Made by a program: the position numbers and the translations under genes. This document shows, piece after piece, positions 10,071 to 19,413 of a stretch of 64,000 nucleotides of DNA. The stretch lies in NCBI GenBank assembly GCA_963544395.1, contig CAUUFA010000001.1, positions 66-64,065 on the forward strand, written 5' to 3'. This stretch comes from an uncultured Bacilli bacterium. Its GTDB lineage: Bacteria; Bacillota_I; Bacilli_A; RFN20; CAG-288. Numbering within the stretch: position 1 is the stretch's first letter; the number at the start of each line of letters is the position of its first letter. The notes beneath the pieces are model-generated. The model did not search any database. It saw only the letters and a list, made by a program, of their open reading frames with translations, and was not told the DNA's origin.

Positions 10071-10639
10071 GCTTTGCTCCTCTCCATCAGCCACGCTTTC
10101 AGCTGATCTTCTTTCTCTTTTCGACTATCTCCGATGGCTTCCTGAATGCAGAGGCCATCGATCAAGAGCATCAGCGCATACGCGGTGTTATGCGCATCCT
10201 TCTGCTCCGGGAAGAGCTGATGAATACTATCTTCCAGCTTCTGTTCCCACAGGTGCCACAGCTCTGAGTATCGGCTCTCTAGGTTGGGGTTTCCTCGCAT
10301 GCATTCGTTGACGAGATAGACATGAAGCTTGGCACGGTTGAAGAGCTTCGTTCCCTTATAGAGGACGACATCGAGAAAATGAGAATACGTGATCGGCACA
10401 TCCTGATGCCGTTTAAGCCATTCATTGAAATCGCTGAGCAGCTCTCCCATATGTTTCTCGATGATGTCAAGAAGCAAGCCGTCCTTCGTCGGATAATAGT
10501 AGTAGAGCGTGCCCTTGGAAATTCCCATCTTCCGCGAGACATCTAAGAGAGAAAAGCCGTTGGCTCCGATCTCGGAAACCAGGCTCTCTGCTGCCATGAT
10601 GATGCTGTCACGGCTCAGATCATTTTTTCGTTTTGCCAT
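10067..10639 (-). CDS. TetR/AcrR family transcriptional regulator
   Basis: TetR HTH signature: SRDSIIMAAESLVSEIGANGFSLLDVSRKMGISKGTLYYYYPTKDGLL. It is the first gene of the minus-strand operon. The start at MAKRK is uncertain because the RBS is weak. Confidence 0.85.
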   Translation of the reverse strand: MAKRKNDLSRDSIIMAAESLVSEIGANGFSLLDVSRKMGISKGTLYYYYPTKDGLLLDIIEKHMGELLSDFNEWLKRHQDVPITYSHFLDVVLYKGTKLFNRAKLHVYLVNECMRGNPNLESRYSELWHLWEQKLEDSIHQLFPEQKDAHNTAYALMLLIDGLCIQEAIGDSRKEKEDQLKAWLMERSKA

Positions 10640-10814
10640 TTCTGTCGGTCGCCCACCCGACACGATTATATCGCTTTGCAAGCGCTTCCACAAGAATAAG
10701 TTGATAATTTTTGATTCAGAATCAAAATCAGGTATCAGATTCCACCTGCTTTTGCTTTAGCAAAAAGATGGCATTCCTGCCGTTGTTCTTCTGGTTTCAA
10801 ACCAGTAAAATAGA

Positions 10815-11750
10815 ATGAAAATGATCATCAACACAGGTTCAAGAACCGATATTCCTGCCTTCTACAGCAACTGGTTCTATCAGCGGATTCAAGAGGAATT
10901 TGTCTGCGTGCGGAATCCTTTTGCTTCGCATCTGGTGACTCGCTTCACCTTGAATCCCAAAGTCGTGGATGCTTTGATTTTCTGCACGAAGAATCCTCAG
11001 CCGATGCTCCCTTCCCTGCAGAAGATTTCCAGCTACCGCCAGCTTTGGCATGTCACGATCACCCCCTATGGAAAGGATATCGAGCCCCAAGTGCCGGAGA
11101 AGAAACAAGTCATTGCATCATTCTGTGAACTCTCCAAGCTTATCGGAAAAGAACGTGTCGTCTGGCGCTATGATCCGATTTTCTTCTCCGAAAAATACTC
11201 CTTCGCCTATCATCTCCGAGCCTTCAAGACGATGTGTTCCCTTCTCAAGGGACACACCTCAGAATGCGTCTTTTCCTTCATCGACCTCTATGGCAAGACA
11301 AAGAAAAATTTTCCGGAAGTGAAAGAAGTTCCTTTCGATCAGCAAGTCTCTCTCATCCAGCAGTTCTCAAAGATTGCAGCAGAGAACGGGATTTTTCTTT
11401 CCTCCTGTCTCGAGGATGAGAGGTTAGCTTCCTGTGGTGTCGATGTCAGCGGATGTCTGACTAAAGAGAAGATCGAAAAAGCACTCGACATCCGTCTCTC
11501 TGTGCCGGAGAGATTTCAGCCTCCAAGAAGCGGTTGTCGTTGCCTTTTAGGCAACGATATCGGCGCTTATCAATCCTGCCTGCACGGTTGCCGATACTGC
11601 TATGCGACAGACAGTTTTACTCTCGCTAAGGAAAACTACGGATTACACGAAGACGATTCGCCTTTTCTGATCGGCAATGCGAAAGAAGATGACGTCGTCA
11701 AACTCTATCCGTCCGAAAGCTGGATTGCCAAACAGATGACACTCTTCTGA
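10815..11750 (+). CDS. DUF1848 domain protein
   Basis: 311 aa. The N-terminus INTGSRTDIPAFYSNWFYQRIQEEFVCVRNPF and the C-terminal Cys cluster (CRCLLGNDIGAYQSCLHGCRYCYA) match my memory of the DUF1848 family. Confidence 0.75.
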   Translation: MKMIINTGSRTDIPAFYSNWFYQRIQEEFVCVRNPFASHLVTRFTLNPKVVDALIFCTKNPQPMLPSLQKISSYRQLWHVTITPYGKDIEPQVPEKKQVIASFCELSKLIGKERVVWRYDPIFFSEKYSFAYHLRAFKTMCSLLKGHTSECVFSFIDLYGKTKKNFPEVKEVPFDQQVSLIQQFSKIAAENGIFLSSCLEDERLASCGVDVSGCLTKEKIEKALDIRLSVPERFQPPRSGCRCLLGNDIGAYQSCLHGCRYCYATDSFTLAKENYGLHEDDSPFLIGNAKEDDVVKLYPSESWIAKQMTLF

Positions 11751-11842
11751 TTCTTTCTCCGATTTCGAGAAGGCATTCATTTGCCTTGTGAAGAACGAAC
11801 AGATTCTATATACTCTTCCCGTCACAAAGTGAGGAGACGAAC

Positions 11843-12220
11843 ATGAAGTTCACAGAAGCCGGAAAAGCATTATTTGAAAAGTATCTGAAAGAAAACCATC
11901 TGGATATCGTCGCAATTTCCATCGAGGAGAGCGAGGATCAGGGAGCTGCGATCAACGTCAATCTGATCACCGAAAAAGAAGGAGAAGGGAAGAGAGTCAT
12001 CGATGTCGATGGCATCAAAGTGGCGATCTCTGAAGAAGATGAAGCCGGATTGGAAAAAGCCGTCTTCGATGTCGGCAGAAACAAAGGCGAATTCGTGATC
12101 GACCTGCCACATCACGAAGAGGGTTGCTGCTGCTCCGATGGCGATTGCGGCTGCGGATGCGATGAAGCCGAAGGCGGATGCTGTGGCGAGCATAGCTGTG
12201 GCTGCGAAAAATATCAGTGA
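11843..12220 (+). CDS. HesB/IscA-like small protein with Cys/Gly/Asp-rich C-terminal tail
   Basis: 125 aa with a GAGGAG RBS. The fold guess rests on length and the N-terminal pattern (MKFTEAGKALFEKYL...). The tail is CCCSDGDCGCGCDEAEGGCCGEHSCGC. Confidence 0.45.
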   Translation: MKFTEAGKALFEKYLKENHLDIVAISIEESEDQGAAINVNLITEKEGEGKRVIDVDGIKVAISEEDEAGLEKAVFDVGRNKGEFVIDLPHHEEGCCCSDGDCGCGCDEAEGGCCGEHSCGCEKYQ

Positions 12221-12317
12221 AACATCATTATCAACAAAAGGCTGCCAGAGACCATGTCAATGACAGCCTTTTTTCGTTTCGGAATTTCAGCCCGTCGAAT
12301 CAACAACCGCTTCTCGT

Positions 12318-12857
12318 TCAAAGGAGCGATTCCACAAAAGAGCGGACTTCATCCATCGGTGCAGTCGGCTCAAATCTAGCAACAACTTCGCCTTTCCTGT
12401 CGATGAGGAATTTTGTAAAATTCCATTTGATATCCGAATGATTCTGATAATCAGGATCAATGCCGGAAAGAAGCCTATCCATCATCGGGGCGGCTTCACC
12501 ATGGAAGCCTTTGAATCCCTGTTTGGCTTTCAGGAAAGTGTAGAGCGAAAGCTCATGCTCCCCGTTGACTTCGGCTTTTTTCATCTGATCGAAGGACGTG
12601 TGGTAGTGAAGCTGGCAGAACTCATGGATCTCCTCATCACTTCCCGGAGCCTGACCATAGAACTGGTTGCAGGGGATATCAAGAATCTCCAGCCCCTTCT
12701 CATGATCAGCCTGATACATCTGCTCCCGCTGCTCGTAATGAGGTGTAAATCCACACCCGGTCGCGGTATTGACAACGACCACCACCTTGCCACGGAAAGA
12801 AGAGAGCTTGACTTCTTCTCCGTTTCGATTCAGAACGGAATAATCATAGAATCCCAT
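12318..12857 (-). CDS. Glutathione peroxidase family protein
   Basis: Contains FYDYSVLNRNGEEVKLSSFRGKVVVVVNTATGCGFT, FPCNQF-like IPCNQFYGQAPG and WNFTKFLIDRKGEVV motifs. The start was set at MGFYDY (GAGGT RBS). Confidence 0.9.
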   Translation of the reverse strand: MGFYDYSVLNRNGEEVKLSSFRGKVVVVVNTATGCGFTPHYEQREQMYQADHEKGLEILDIPCNQFYGQAPGSDEEIHEFCQLHYHTSFDQMKKAEVNGEHELSLYTFLKAKQGFKGFHGEAAPMMDRLLSGIDPDYQNHSDIKWNFTKFLIDRKGEVVARFEPTAPMDEVRSFVESLL

Positions 12858-12995
12858 TTTTCTTACCTCTTGTGTCAGTGACACCTGTTTCTTGCCGTTA
12901 TCGTAGCAGAAAGAAAACGCAAAAGATAACAAGATGCTTCGCTACGAGTTTACTCGGATGATACAATTAACGCAGAGAGAAGGAGAATCAATCGT

Positions 12996-15053
12996 ATGGA
13001 CGAATCAATCAAGCCGTTATTCACGCCATGGAAGATCAATGGCTGTGAGATCAAGAACCGGATCGTCATGACCTCGATGGGAGGAACCGACATCTTCGGC
13101 TGGATGGAGATCAATCATTTCGACAAGGAAGCCGCCAAATTCCTGTTAGACAAAGCCGAGAACAATGTCGGTCTGATCTTACCGGGCTGCCAGCCTGTCT
13201 ACAACCCGATGTTCGGTCAGTGGCTGTATCGGAAAAAGAGCATGTACCGCAAGCTCAAGCCTTTCATGGAGGAGATACATCAGCATGGTGCGAAGCTTTT
13301 CGTACAGCTGACCGCTGGTTTCGGTCGCTCCTTCACCATCTCCGACAGCATGGAAAAATTAGCAACCAACCGCTTCCTCAAAGCTTTATCTAAGCCCGTC
13401 ATGGACTTTGACAAGATCTGCGCATCCGCCTCCCCTTCGCCTAACCGCTGGTCTGACCATGTCCCTTCCAAAGAGATGACCAAGAAGCAGATTCAGAAGT
13501 TCGTCGAAGCCTTTGCCAAGACCGCCAAGCTACTGAAAGAAGCCGGAGTCGATGGCGTGGAGGTCCATGCTGTCCATGAAGGCTACCTTTTAGATCAGTT
13601 CACTCTTCCCTACGTCAACCACCGCACAGACGAGTACGGCGGTTCCTTTGAAAACCGATACCGCTTTGCCACCGAAATCGTGAAAGCCATCAAGGGCGCC
13701 TGCGGCAAAGACTTTCCTGTTTCCTTACGGTATTCTGTCGTCTCCAAGACAAAAGGATTCCGCGAGGGTGCACTTCCTGGCGAAGACTATCAGGAAGCCG
13801 GAAGAGATATGGAAGAATCTGAAAAAGCCATCCGTTATCTATCCGATGCCGGCTACGATATGTTCAACTGTGACAACGGCACCTACGATGCCTGGTATTG
13901 GGCTCATCCTCCGATCTATATGCCGGAAAACTGCAATCTCGAAGAGGTGGAGCACATCAAAGCCTTCACGGACAAACCGGTCGTCTGTGCTGGAAGAATG
14001 GATCCGAGAGTCGGCGCCAAAGCGATTCAGGAAGGAAAGCTGGATGCGGTCGGTTTCGCAAGGCCCTTCTTAGCCGATGGAGCTTGGGTCACCAAGCTCA
14101 TGGAAGGAAGAGAAGAGGACATCCGTCCCTGCATCTGTTGCCACAATGCTTGTTTCGATATGGCTCATTGGAAAGGACATGCCAACGTTCAGCCTCTGGA
14201 CGACTCACTTCACCTTTCCCGCTGCGCCGTCAATGCGGAAACGATGCAATCCAATGTGCATTATCTCCAGAAAACTAATCATCCTAAGACCATCGCCATC
14301 ATCGGCGGTGGCATCGGTGGCATGGAAGCTGCCCGCGTGCTGAAACTCCGCGGACATAACCCCGTCATTTACGAGAAGAAAGACCATCTTGGCGGAATCT
14401 TCGTCGCCGCCTCAAGGGCGAGCTTCAAAGGCAAGCTCCGCGACCTCGAAAGTTGGTATGAGCTTCAGATGAAGGAACTGAACATCGATGTCAGACTCAA
14501 TCATGCTATCCAAGATGTTCATGAGGTCAAAGCCGACGAATACATCGTCGCCACCGGTTCCAAAGCGAGACGTTTAGGCTCGTTACCTGGATTTAACAGA
14601 ACGATCGATGCGATCGATTTTCTGGAAGGGAAACCTGTCGGAGAGAATGTCGTCGTCATCGGCGGCGGACTCACCGGATGCGAAATCGCCTACGAGCTCT
14701 TCTTACAGGGAAAGAAACCCGTCATCGTGGAAATGAAGGAAGACTTGATTGCGATGCCTGGTGTCTGCTTAGCGAACTCCTCTTTCTTAAGAGAGTTCTT
14801 CACCTGGAAGAAGGTTCCTGTCTATCTGGAAACAGCGACAAAAGAGATTACGGGAGACGCTGTCATCGTCACCACCAAAGAGAAGAAAGAGATCCGCATC
14901 CCCGCGGACAGCGTCATTTCCTCGGTCGGCTATGTGCCCACTCCGCTTGCTTCCAAGGAGAGCAAAACCGTTCACCTCGTCGGTGATTGCCTCAGTATAG
15001 GCAACCTTCGCACCGTCATATGGCGGGCTTACGACGTAGCGATGAAGATCTAA
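12996..15053 (+). CDS. NADH:flavin oxidoreductase (OYE TIM barrel + 4Fe-4S + FAD/NAD(P) domain; enoate / 2,4-dienoyl-CoA reductase family)
   Basis: 685 aa. OYE-like N-terminal half (GVEVHAVHEGYLLDQF), CICCHNAC Fe-S motif, C-terminal IAIIGGGIGGMEAA and VVVIGGGLTGCE Rossmann motifs. Confidence 0.85.
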   Translation: MDESIKPLFTPWKINGCEIKNRIVMTSMGGTDIFGWMEINHFDKEAAKFLLDKAENNVGLILPGCQPVYNPMFGQWLYRKKSMYRKLKPFMEEIHQHGAKLFVQLTAGFGRSFTISDSMEKLATNRFLKALSKPVMDFDKICASASPSPNRWSDHVPSKEMTKKQIQKFVEAFAKTAKLLKEAGVDGVEVHAVHEGYLLDQFTLPYVNHRTDEYGGSFENRYRFATEIVKAIKGACGKDFPVSLRYSVVSKTKGFREGALPGEDYQEAGRDMEESEKAIRYLSDAGYDMFNCDNGTYDAWYWAHPPIYMPENCNLEEVEHIKAFTDKPVVCAGRMDPRVGAKAIQEGKLDAVGFARPFLADGAWVTKLMEGREEDIRPCICCHNACFDMAHWKGHANVQPLDDSLHLSRCAVNAETMQSNVHYLQKTNHPKTIAIIGGGIGGMEAARVLKLRGHNPVIYEKKDHLGGIFVAASRASFKGKLRDLESWYELQMKELNIDVRLNHAIQDVHEVKADEYIVATGSKARRLGSLPGFNRTIDAIDFLEGKPVGENVVVIGGGLTGCEIAYELFLQGKKPVIVEMKEDLIAMPGVCLANSSFLREFFTWKKVPVYLETATKEITGDAVIVTTKEKKEIRIPADSVISSVGYVPTPLASKESKTVHLVGDCLSIGNLRTVIWRAYDVAMKI

Positions 15054-15066
15054 GACCATCAAAAAG

Positions 15067-15119
15067 AAGAGCCCTTGAGCAGCCTGATTCAGCGTCAGGT
15101 CATACAAGGGCTCTTTTTT
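15067..15119. terminator. Bidirectional terminator between convergent genes
   Basis: 11-bp perfect stem AAGAGCCCTTG/CAAGGGCTCTT with a large loop. It is flanked by an A-run and T6. Confidence 0.6.
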
Positions 15120-15127
15120 CATAGAAC

Positions 15128-16603
15128 TCAGTTATCGGATCTTGAATAACCGTTCTTCATATGACAGCTTGCTTCATAGAGAACCCGGTCAAGACATTTC
15201 TCCGTCTCACTCTTCACCATCGTTGCCATCTCGGCGTTAGCATTCAAGATCGCCTCAGGATCATGCTTTTCATCTGCCATCAAAGCGTCATAACGCTCTA
15301 GGATGTTATGTGTCTGCGCTTCAACCGCTTCCTGGTAACGTTCGATGTGGATAGCCGCCACCTGGAAATGTGCATCCGCAAGAGCGCCGATGATCCGGTT
15401 TGCCCAGTAGAAAGACTCGGTGGATACCGTCAATGTCGTTCCGGAGAAATATCCAGGCAGAGCTTCTACACCAGGATAGAGAGGAACAAAGGCATTGAAG
15501 GCGTTGGAACCGAAAGCCAGCCACTCAATCGCCCGGATTTCCTTAGGGACATAAGGTCTGATCTGGGTGCAGGTGAGGAATGAGGTTCTGGAGATGCCGA
15601 TAGGTCGATAGGCGCCCTTCATCGTAGGATCACCGAATTTGGCATAGGGATTATAGGGTGTTCCCTGATAATAGGAGGAGAGGAGATATTTCACATCTTC
15701 GATCGTGATTTTCCTCTCCGGAACTCGGCTCCAGGGAATATCGTCGGATTCGGGTGTGAAATCCGCATTCGGTCCATCCCATCGGCAGGTTCTAGGATTG
15801 AGATACCGCTCGATGAACCAAGCTCTCGGGGTGTTGTAGACATGATCGGAATCCGAGTGTGATCCAAAGGCGAGGCGAGGATTGAATTTTCCGTTCAGAG
15901 ATAAATCAAGATGATGAACCTGAACAAATTCCCGAAGGTCAGAGGAACAGAGATTTTCTTTCTTTTCGCCAAAGGCATCCTCAAAATCGAACTCATCCAT
16001 GCCGAACTGGTTGGGCATGACGACATATCGGTCATCGGGAACACGCCTAGCGATCCAGTGATGACCGCCGATAGTTTCCAGCCACCAAACCTCATCCACA
16101 TCGGAGAAGGCGATGCCGTTAGGTTCATAGGTTCCGTATTGTTCTAGCAGAGAACCCAAGCGCAACACACCCTCTCGTGCGGAGTGAATGTAAGGGAGCA
16201 CCAAAACGACGAGATCTTCTTCACCGATGCCGCCGATGACTTCCTCTCTGCCTTCCTCTGCCTTATGGAATTCGACATAAGGGTCAGCTCCTAAGACTCG
16301 GCCATTGGAAGTGATGGTCTCTGTCGCTGACATTGAGACGTTGAGTTCGTTGACTCCGGCAGCTGCCCAGATTCCTTCTTTCGGATCCACGTTGGGTTTA
16401 GCGGTGTAGCGAAGTGGATGGTCAGGCAATTCAATCCTGACATGAGAACCCACAGAGACATAAACATTAGGCTGATCTTCCGGAAGAACGACAGTGGCTT
16501 TCTTGACATGGAAGCTGCCCGATGGGGAATCGTCATTCCTGGCAATCATCGTCGATCCATCATACGTAGCTTTTTTACCGACTAAAATCGTTGTGCAAGG
16601 CAT
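15128..16603 (-). CDS. C69 family dipeptidase
   Basis: N-terminal MPCTTILVGKKATYDGSTMIARNDDS carries the N-terminal nucleophile Cys signature of peptidase C69. 491 aa. Confidence 0.9.
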   Translation of the reverse strand: MPCTTILVGKKATYDGSTMIARNDDSPSGSFHVKKATVVLPEDQPNVYVSVGSHVRIELPDHPLRYTAKPNVDPKEGIWAAAGVNELNVSMSATETITSNGRVLGADPYVEFHKAEEGREEVIGGIGEEDLVVLVLPYIHSAREGVLRLGSLLEQYGTYEPNGIAFSDVDEVWWLETIGGHHWIARRVPDDRYVVMPNQFGMDEFDFEDAFGEKKENLCSSDLREFVQVHHLDLSLNGKFNPRLAFGSHSDSDHVYNTPRAWFIERYLNPRTCRWDGPNADFTPESDDIPWSRVPERKITIEDVKYLLSSYYQGTPYNPYAKFGDPTMKGAYRPIGISRTSFLTCTQIRPYVPKEIRAIEWLAFGSNAFNAFVPLYPGVEALPGYFSGTTLTVSTESFYWANRIIGALADAHFQVAAIHIERYQEAVEAQTHNILERYDALMADEKHDPEAILNANAEMATMVKSETEKCLDRVLYEASCHMKNGYSRSDN

Positions 16604-16692
16604 AAGTGACCTCCTGATACATGCGACAATATTGTAAGAGTTTAGAAAGATAGTGTCATCTGTTATGTTTCAGGAGATGATAAGATATCTGC

Positions 16693-17217
16693 ATGGATCA
16701 CGAAGAATTCTCTTGGCAGAGAAACAGGAAGAGATGTGCGGAGATTGCCTTTTCCTATACGTTTTTTGTGCTGGGAGCCTCTTTGCTTCTTGGAACCTGT
16801 CTCTGGTTTCTCTTGCTCTGGCTGAAGCAGGCTTCTCTCTTAGGAGTTCTGTTCTGTTTTGCTCTGCCGCTTCTTATATCTTTTCTGTTTTTCCTCGTAT
16901 CGGTCGTGCTTCTCTCCACCCAGCATCAGAAAATCAGCATCCGGAAAGAGGAAATCGTCAAAACCTCTTCCTTAAACCTGACCGAAGAAATTCGTATTCA
17001 CCCCGAAGAAGTGAAGCGCATCCATCCTACCCGTTTTCTCTGGTTCTATGGTTTTCGCTTCATCGTCATCGGCTATGGAGAAAACGGTATTCCTTTCCAT
17101 CTGAAAAAAGAAGCCTTCATCCCTTTATTCCGTTTTCTTTCCCGAGAAGAGGCGCTCTCAGTCAAAGCAGCCCTTGAGCAGTTCGGCTATGCCGAAAACA
17201 GCTATCTGCGTCTCTGA
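16693..17217 (+). CDS. Hypothetical membrane protein (2-3 TM, cytoplasmic C-terminal domain)
   Basis: 174-aa ORF with hydrophobic segments (FSYTFFVLGASLLLGTCLWFLLLWL; LGVLFCFALPLLISFLFFLVSVVLL). I preferred it over the overlapping 16653 frame, which is low-complexity. Confidence 0.5.
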   Translation: MDHEEFSWQRNRKRCAEIAFSYTFFVLGASLLLGTCLWFLLLWLKQASLLGVLFCFALPLLISFLFFLVSVVLLSTQHQKISIRKEEIVKTSSLNLTEEIRIHPEEVKRIHPTRFLWFYGFRFIVIGYGENGIPFHLKKEAFIPLFRFLSREEALSVKAALEQFGYAENSYLRL

Positions 17218-17294
17218 TTCTGCTTCAGCTTCATTTTCGGTTCGTTTCTTTTTTTATCAGGAAAGAGTAAAATAGCCAAAAAGGAATCAGAATT

Positions 17295-18314
17295 ATGAGG
17301 CAGAATCAATTGAGCCGAGGTCCTCTCTTAAACGAGGATGGCAATCTCGCCGAAGCAGGGTACAGTTTTTCTCTTGTCAAAGACTATCATCGAAAGGCGA
17401 TCAGAGCCGGAAAAAGCAGAATCAAGGAATGGGATTATTACTACATCGGAAACCATCAGTGCGGCATCGCACTGACCATCGATGACAACTCTTATATGAG
17501 CCTGTGCTCCGTGACCATCTTTGACTTTACGGAGAAAAAGTACATGCAATCTTCCACCATGCACCTCTTCAGCTTCGGAAAAATCGCTCTTCCGGAGACA
17601 AGTGAAATCGGCGATGTCATGTACAAAGATAAACGTACCGAGATGCACTTTGACAACGATGGAAAAACCAGGCATCTTCACGGGATTTTCCGGCGGTTGG
17701 AAAAAGGAAAGGATCTCACGTTCGACATCTTTCTCACGCCGACCACCGATAAAACGATGGTGATTGCGACTCCGTTCTTAAAGAAAGGTCATTTCTACTA
17801 CAATCAGAAGAGAAACAACTTAAAAGCTTCAGGCGGTTATTACTACGATGGTATCCATCATTCCTTAGACGATGCCTATGGTGTCCTGGATTGGGGAAGA
17901 GGCGTCTGGACCTATCGCAACACCTGGTATTGGTCTTCGCTAAACGATTTCCAGGATGGTCATACCATCGGATTCAACCTCGGTTATGGCTTCGGCGACA
18001 CCTCAGCCGCCACCGAGAATATGTTCTTCTTCGATGACAAAGCCTACAAGCTTGGAAAAGTGAAATTCAATATTCCTCAGGTCAACGGAAAAGATTCCTT
18101 CTTGGATATTTGGACCATCACGTCCGATCGTCAGGATGTCTGCCTGAACTTCCATCCCATCTTCGACCGGAAGGGAGGCGGAAACGCCTTCCTCATCCGC
18201 TCCGATCAGAATCAGGTGTATGGTTACTTCAACGGAACCATCACGGTCGATGATCAAGTGATCGTCATACGGAATCTGTTAGGATTCGCAGAGAAAGTCT
18301 ATAACCGCTGGTGA
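17295..18314 (+). CDS. DUF2804 domain protein
   Basis: 339 aa. Family recognised from memory via N-terminal LLNEDGNLAEAGYS...RIKEWDYYYI and VLDWGRGVWTYRNTWYW. Confidence 0.7.
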   Translation: MRQNQLSRGPLLNEDGNLAEAGYSFSLVKDYHRKAIRAGKSRIKEWDYYYIGNHQCGIALTIDDNSYMSLCSVTIFDFTEKKYMQSSTMHLFSFGKIALPETSEIGDVMYKDKRTEMHFDNDGKTRHLHGIFRRLEKGKDLTFDIFLTPTTDKTMVIATPFLKKGHFYYNQKRNNLKASGGYYYDGIHHSLDDAYGVLDWGRGVWTYRNTWYWSSLNDFQDGHTIGFNLGYGFGDTSAATENMFFFDDKAYKLGKVKFNIPQVNGKDSFLDIWTITSDRQDVCLNFHPIFDRKGGGNAFLIRSDQNQVYGYFNGTITVDDQVIVIRNLLGFAEKVYNRW

Positions 18315-18357
18315 TTCAACTCAAAGGCTGAATCGTCTTCCCGTTTTCACTTGCTAT

Positions 18358-18384
18358 GCGATCTTGAAAAGAGATCGCTTTTTT
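18358..18384 (+). terminator. Intrinsic terminator
   Basis: Stem GCGATCT/AGATCGC, 7-nt loop, T6. Confidence 0.65.
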
Positions 18385-18491
18385 GATGTACACCGTATAT
18401 TGTTAGTTGAAACAAACTATGATATTCTTTTCTGAGACACCTCAATCAAATCAGTCTTTCATAACAAACCAGAAGGGAGAAAAAATCCACA

Positions 18492-19313
18492 ATGGAAAAA
18501 TTAGGCACCGTGGAGAGTACCCTCTTTGTTCCGATGTTAGGCAGGATCTATGCAAGCGAACACTTTCCTCATATTTTCTATGATGAAAAAGCTCTGTCCT
18601 TGAAACCCTCTCTTCCAAAGGAAGTCATCGATAACGACACACAGAATCAATACACCTATCTCGCCTCGGCTTGCCGCAGTGCAAACATGGATCGTTTCAT
18701 CCAAAGCTTCCTAAAACGTAGAACAGATGGCGTTATCGTTCAGCTAGGCTGCGGTCTCGAGACAACCTTCGACCGCAACGATAACGGAAAGAACAGATGG
18801 TACAGCATCGATCTTCCGGATGTCATCTCCTTCCGAAAGAGGATTCTTCCTCCTTCTGATCGTGAGATACTGCTTGCAGCCGATGTCTTTTCCGAAGGCT
18901 GGATAAAAGAGATTCAAAACAAAGAAGGAAATGCTCCTCTGCTTATCACGGCGAGCGGGTTGTTTTACTATTTTGAAGAAAATCAAGTCATTGATCTTCT
19001 GAAAAAGCTTTGTGCTTTCCGCAATGTCGAAATTGTTTTTGATGCGGTCAGCAAAAGCGGAATGAAGATGATGAAAAAGAAGTGGATGAAGAAAGTCGGG
19101 CACGAAGACGCCAAGATGTTCTTCTATGTGGATTCAGCCGTTAAGCTAGCGAATCAAATCAGTTCTCAGACTAGCGTTATCGCTGAAGAAGAATATTACC
19201 ATTTCATCAACAAACATAAACTTGGTTTTACAACAAAAATCAGTATGATGGTTTCGGATGCTTTCCATATGGTAAAGATGATTCATCTGAAGCTGAAAGA
19301 AGACATGCATTAG
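18492..19313 (+). CDS. Class I SAM-dependent methyltransferase (LCM/TcmP-like O-methyltransferase)
   Basis: 273 aa. Contains TLFVPMLGRIYAS... and the VQLGCGLETTFDR SAM-binding motif. Confidence 0.7.
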   Translation: MEKLGTVESTLFVPMLGRIYASEHFPHIFYDEKALSLKPSLPKEVIDNDTQNQYTYLASACRSANMDRFIQSFLKRRTDGVIVQLGCGLETTFDRNDNGKNRWYSIDLPDVISFRKRILPPSDREILLAADVFSEGWIKEIQNKEGNAPLLITASGLFYYFEENQVIDLLKKLCAFRNVEIVFDAVSKSGMKMMKKKWMKKVGHEDAKMFFYVDSAVKLANQISSQTSVIAEEEYYHFINKHKLGFTTKISMMVSDAFHMVKMIHLKLKEDMH

Positions 19314-19413
19314 CCCGCCAGCGGATGCGAAGGTTTTTTTCTGAAGTCGCATTCACTGAATCAATCGTTCTTCCTGATGTATCGTTAAAAGCACTATAAT
19401 ATCCGAAAACACT

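Noticed and set aside
16653-17177. Alternative 174-aa frame overlapping 16693-17217
   Set aside because: It is Ser/Arg/Pro-rich low-complexity sequence. The 16693 frame gives coherent TM helices and a structured C-terminal domain.
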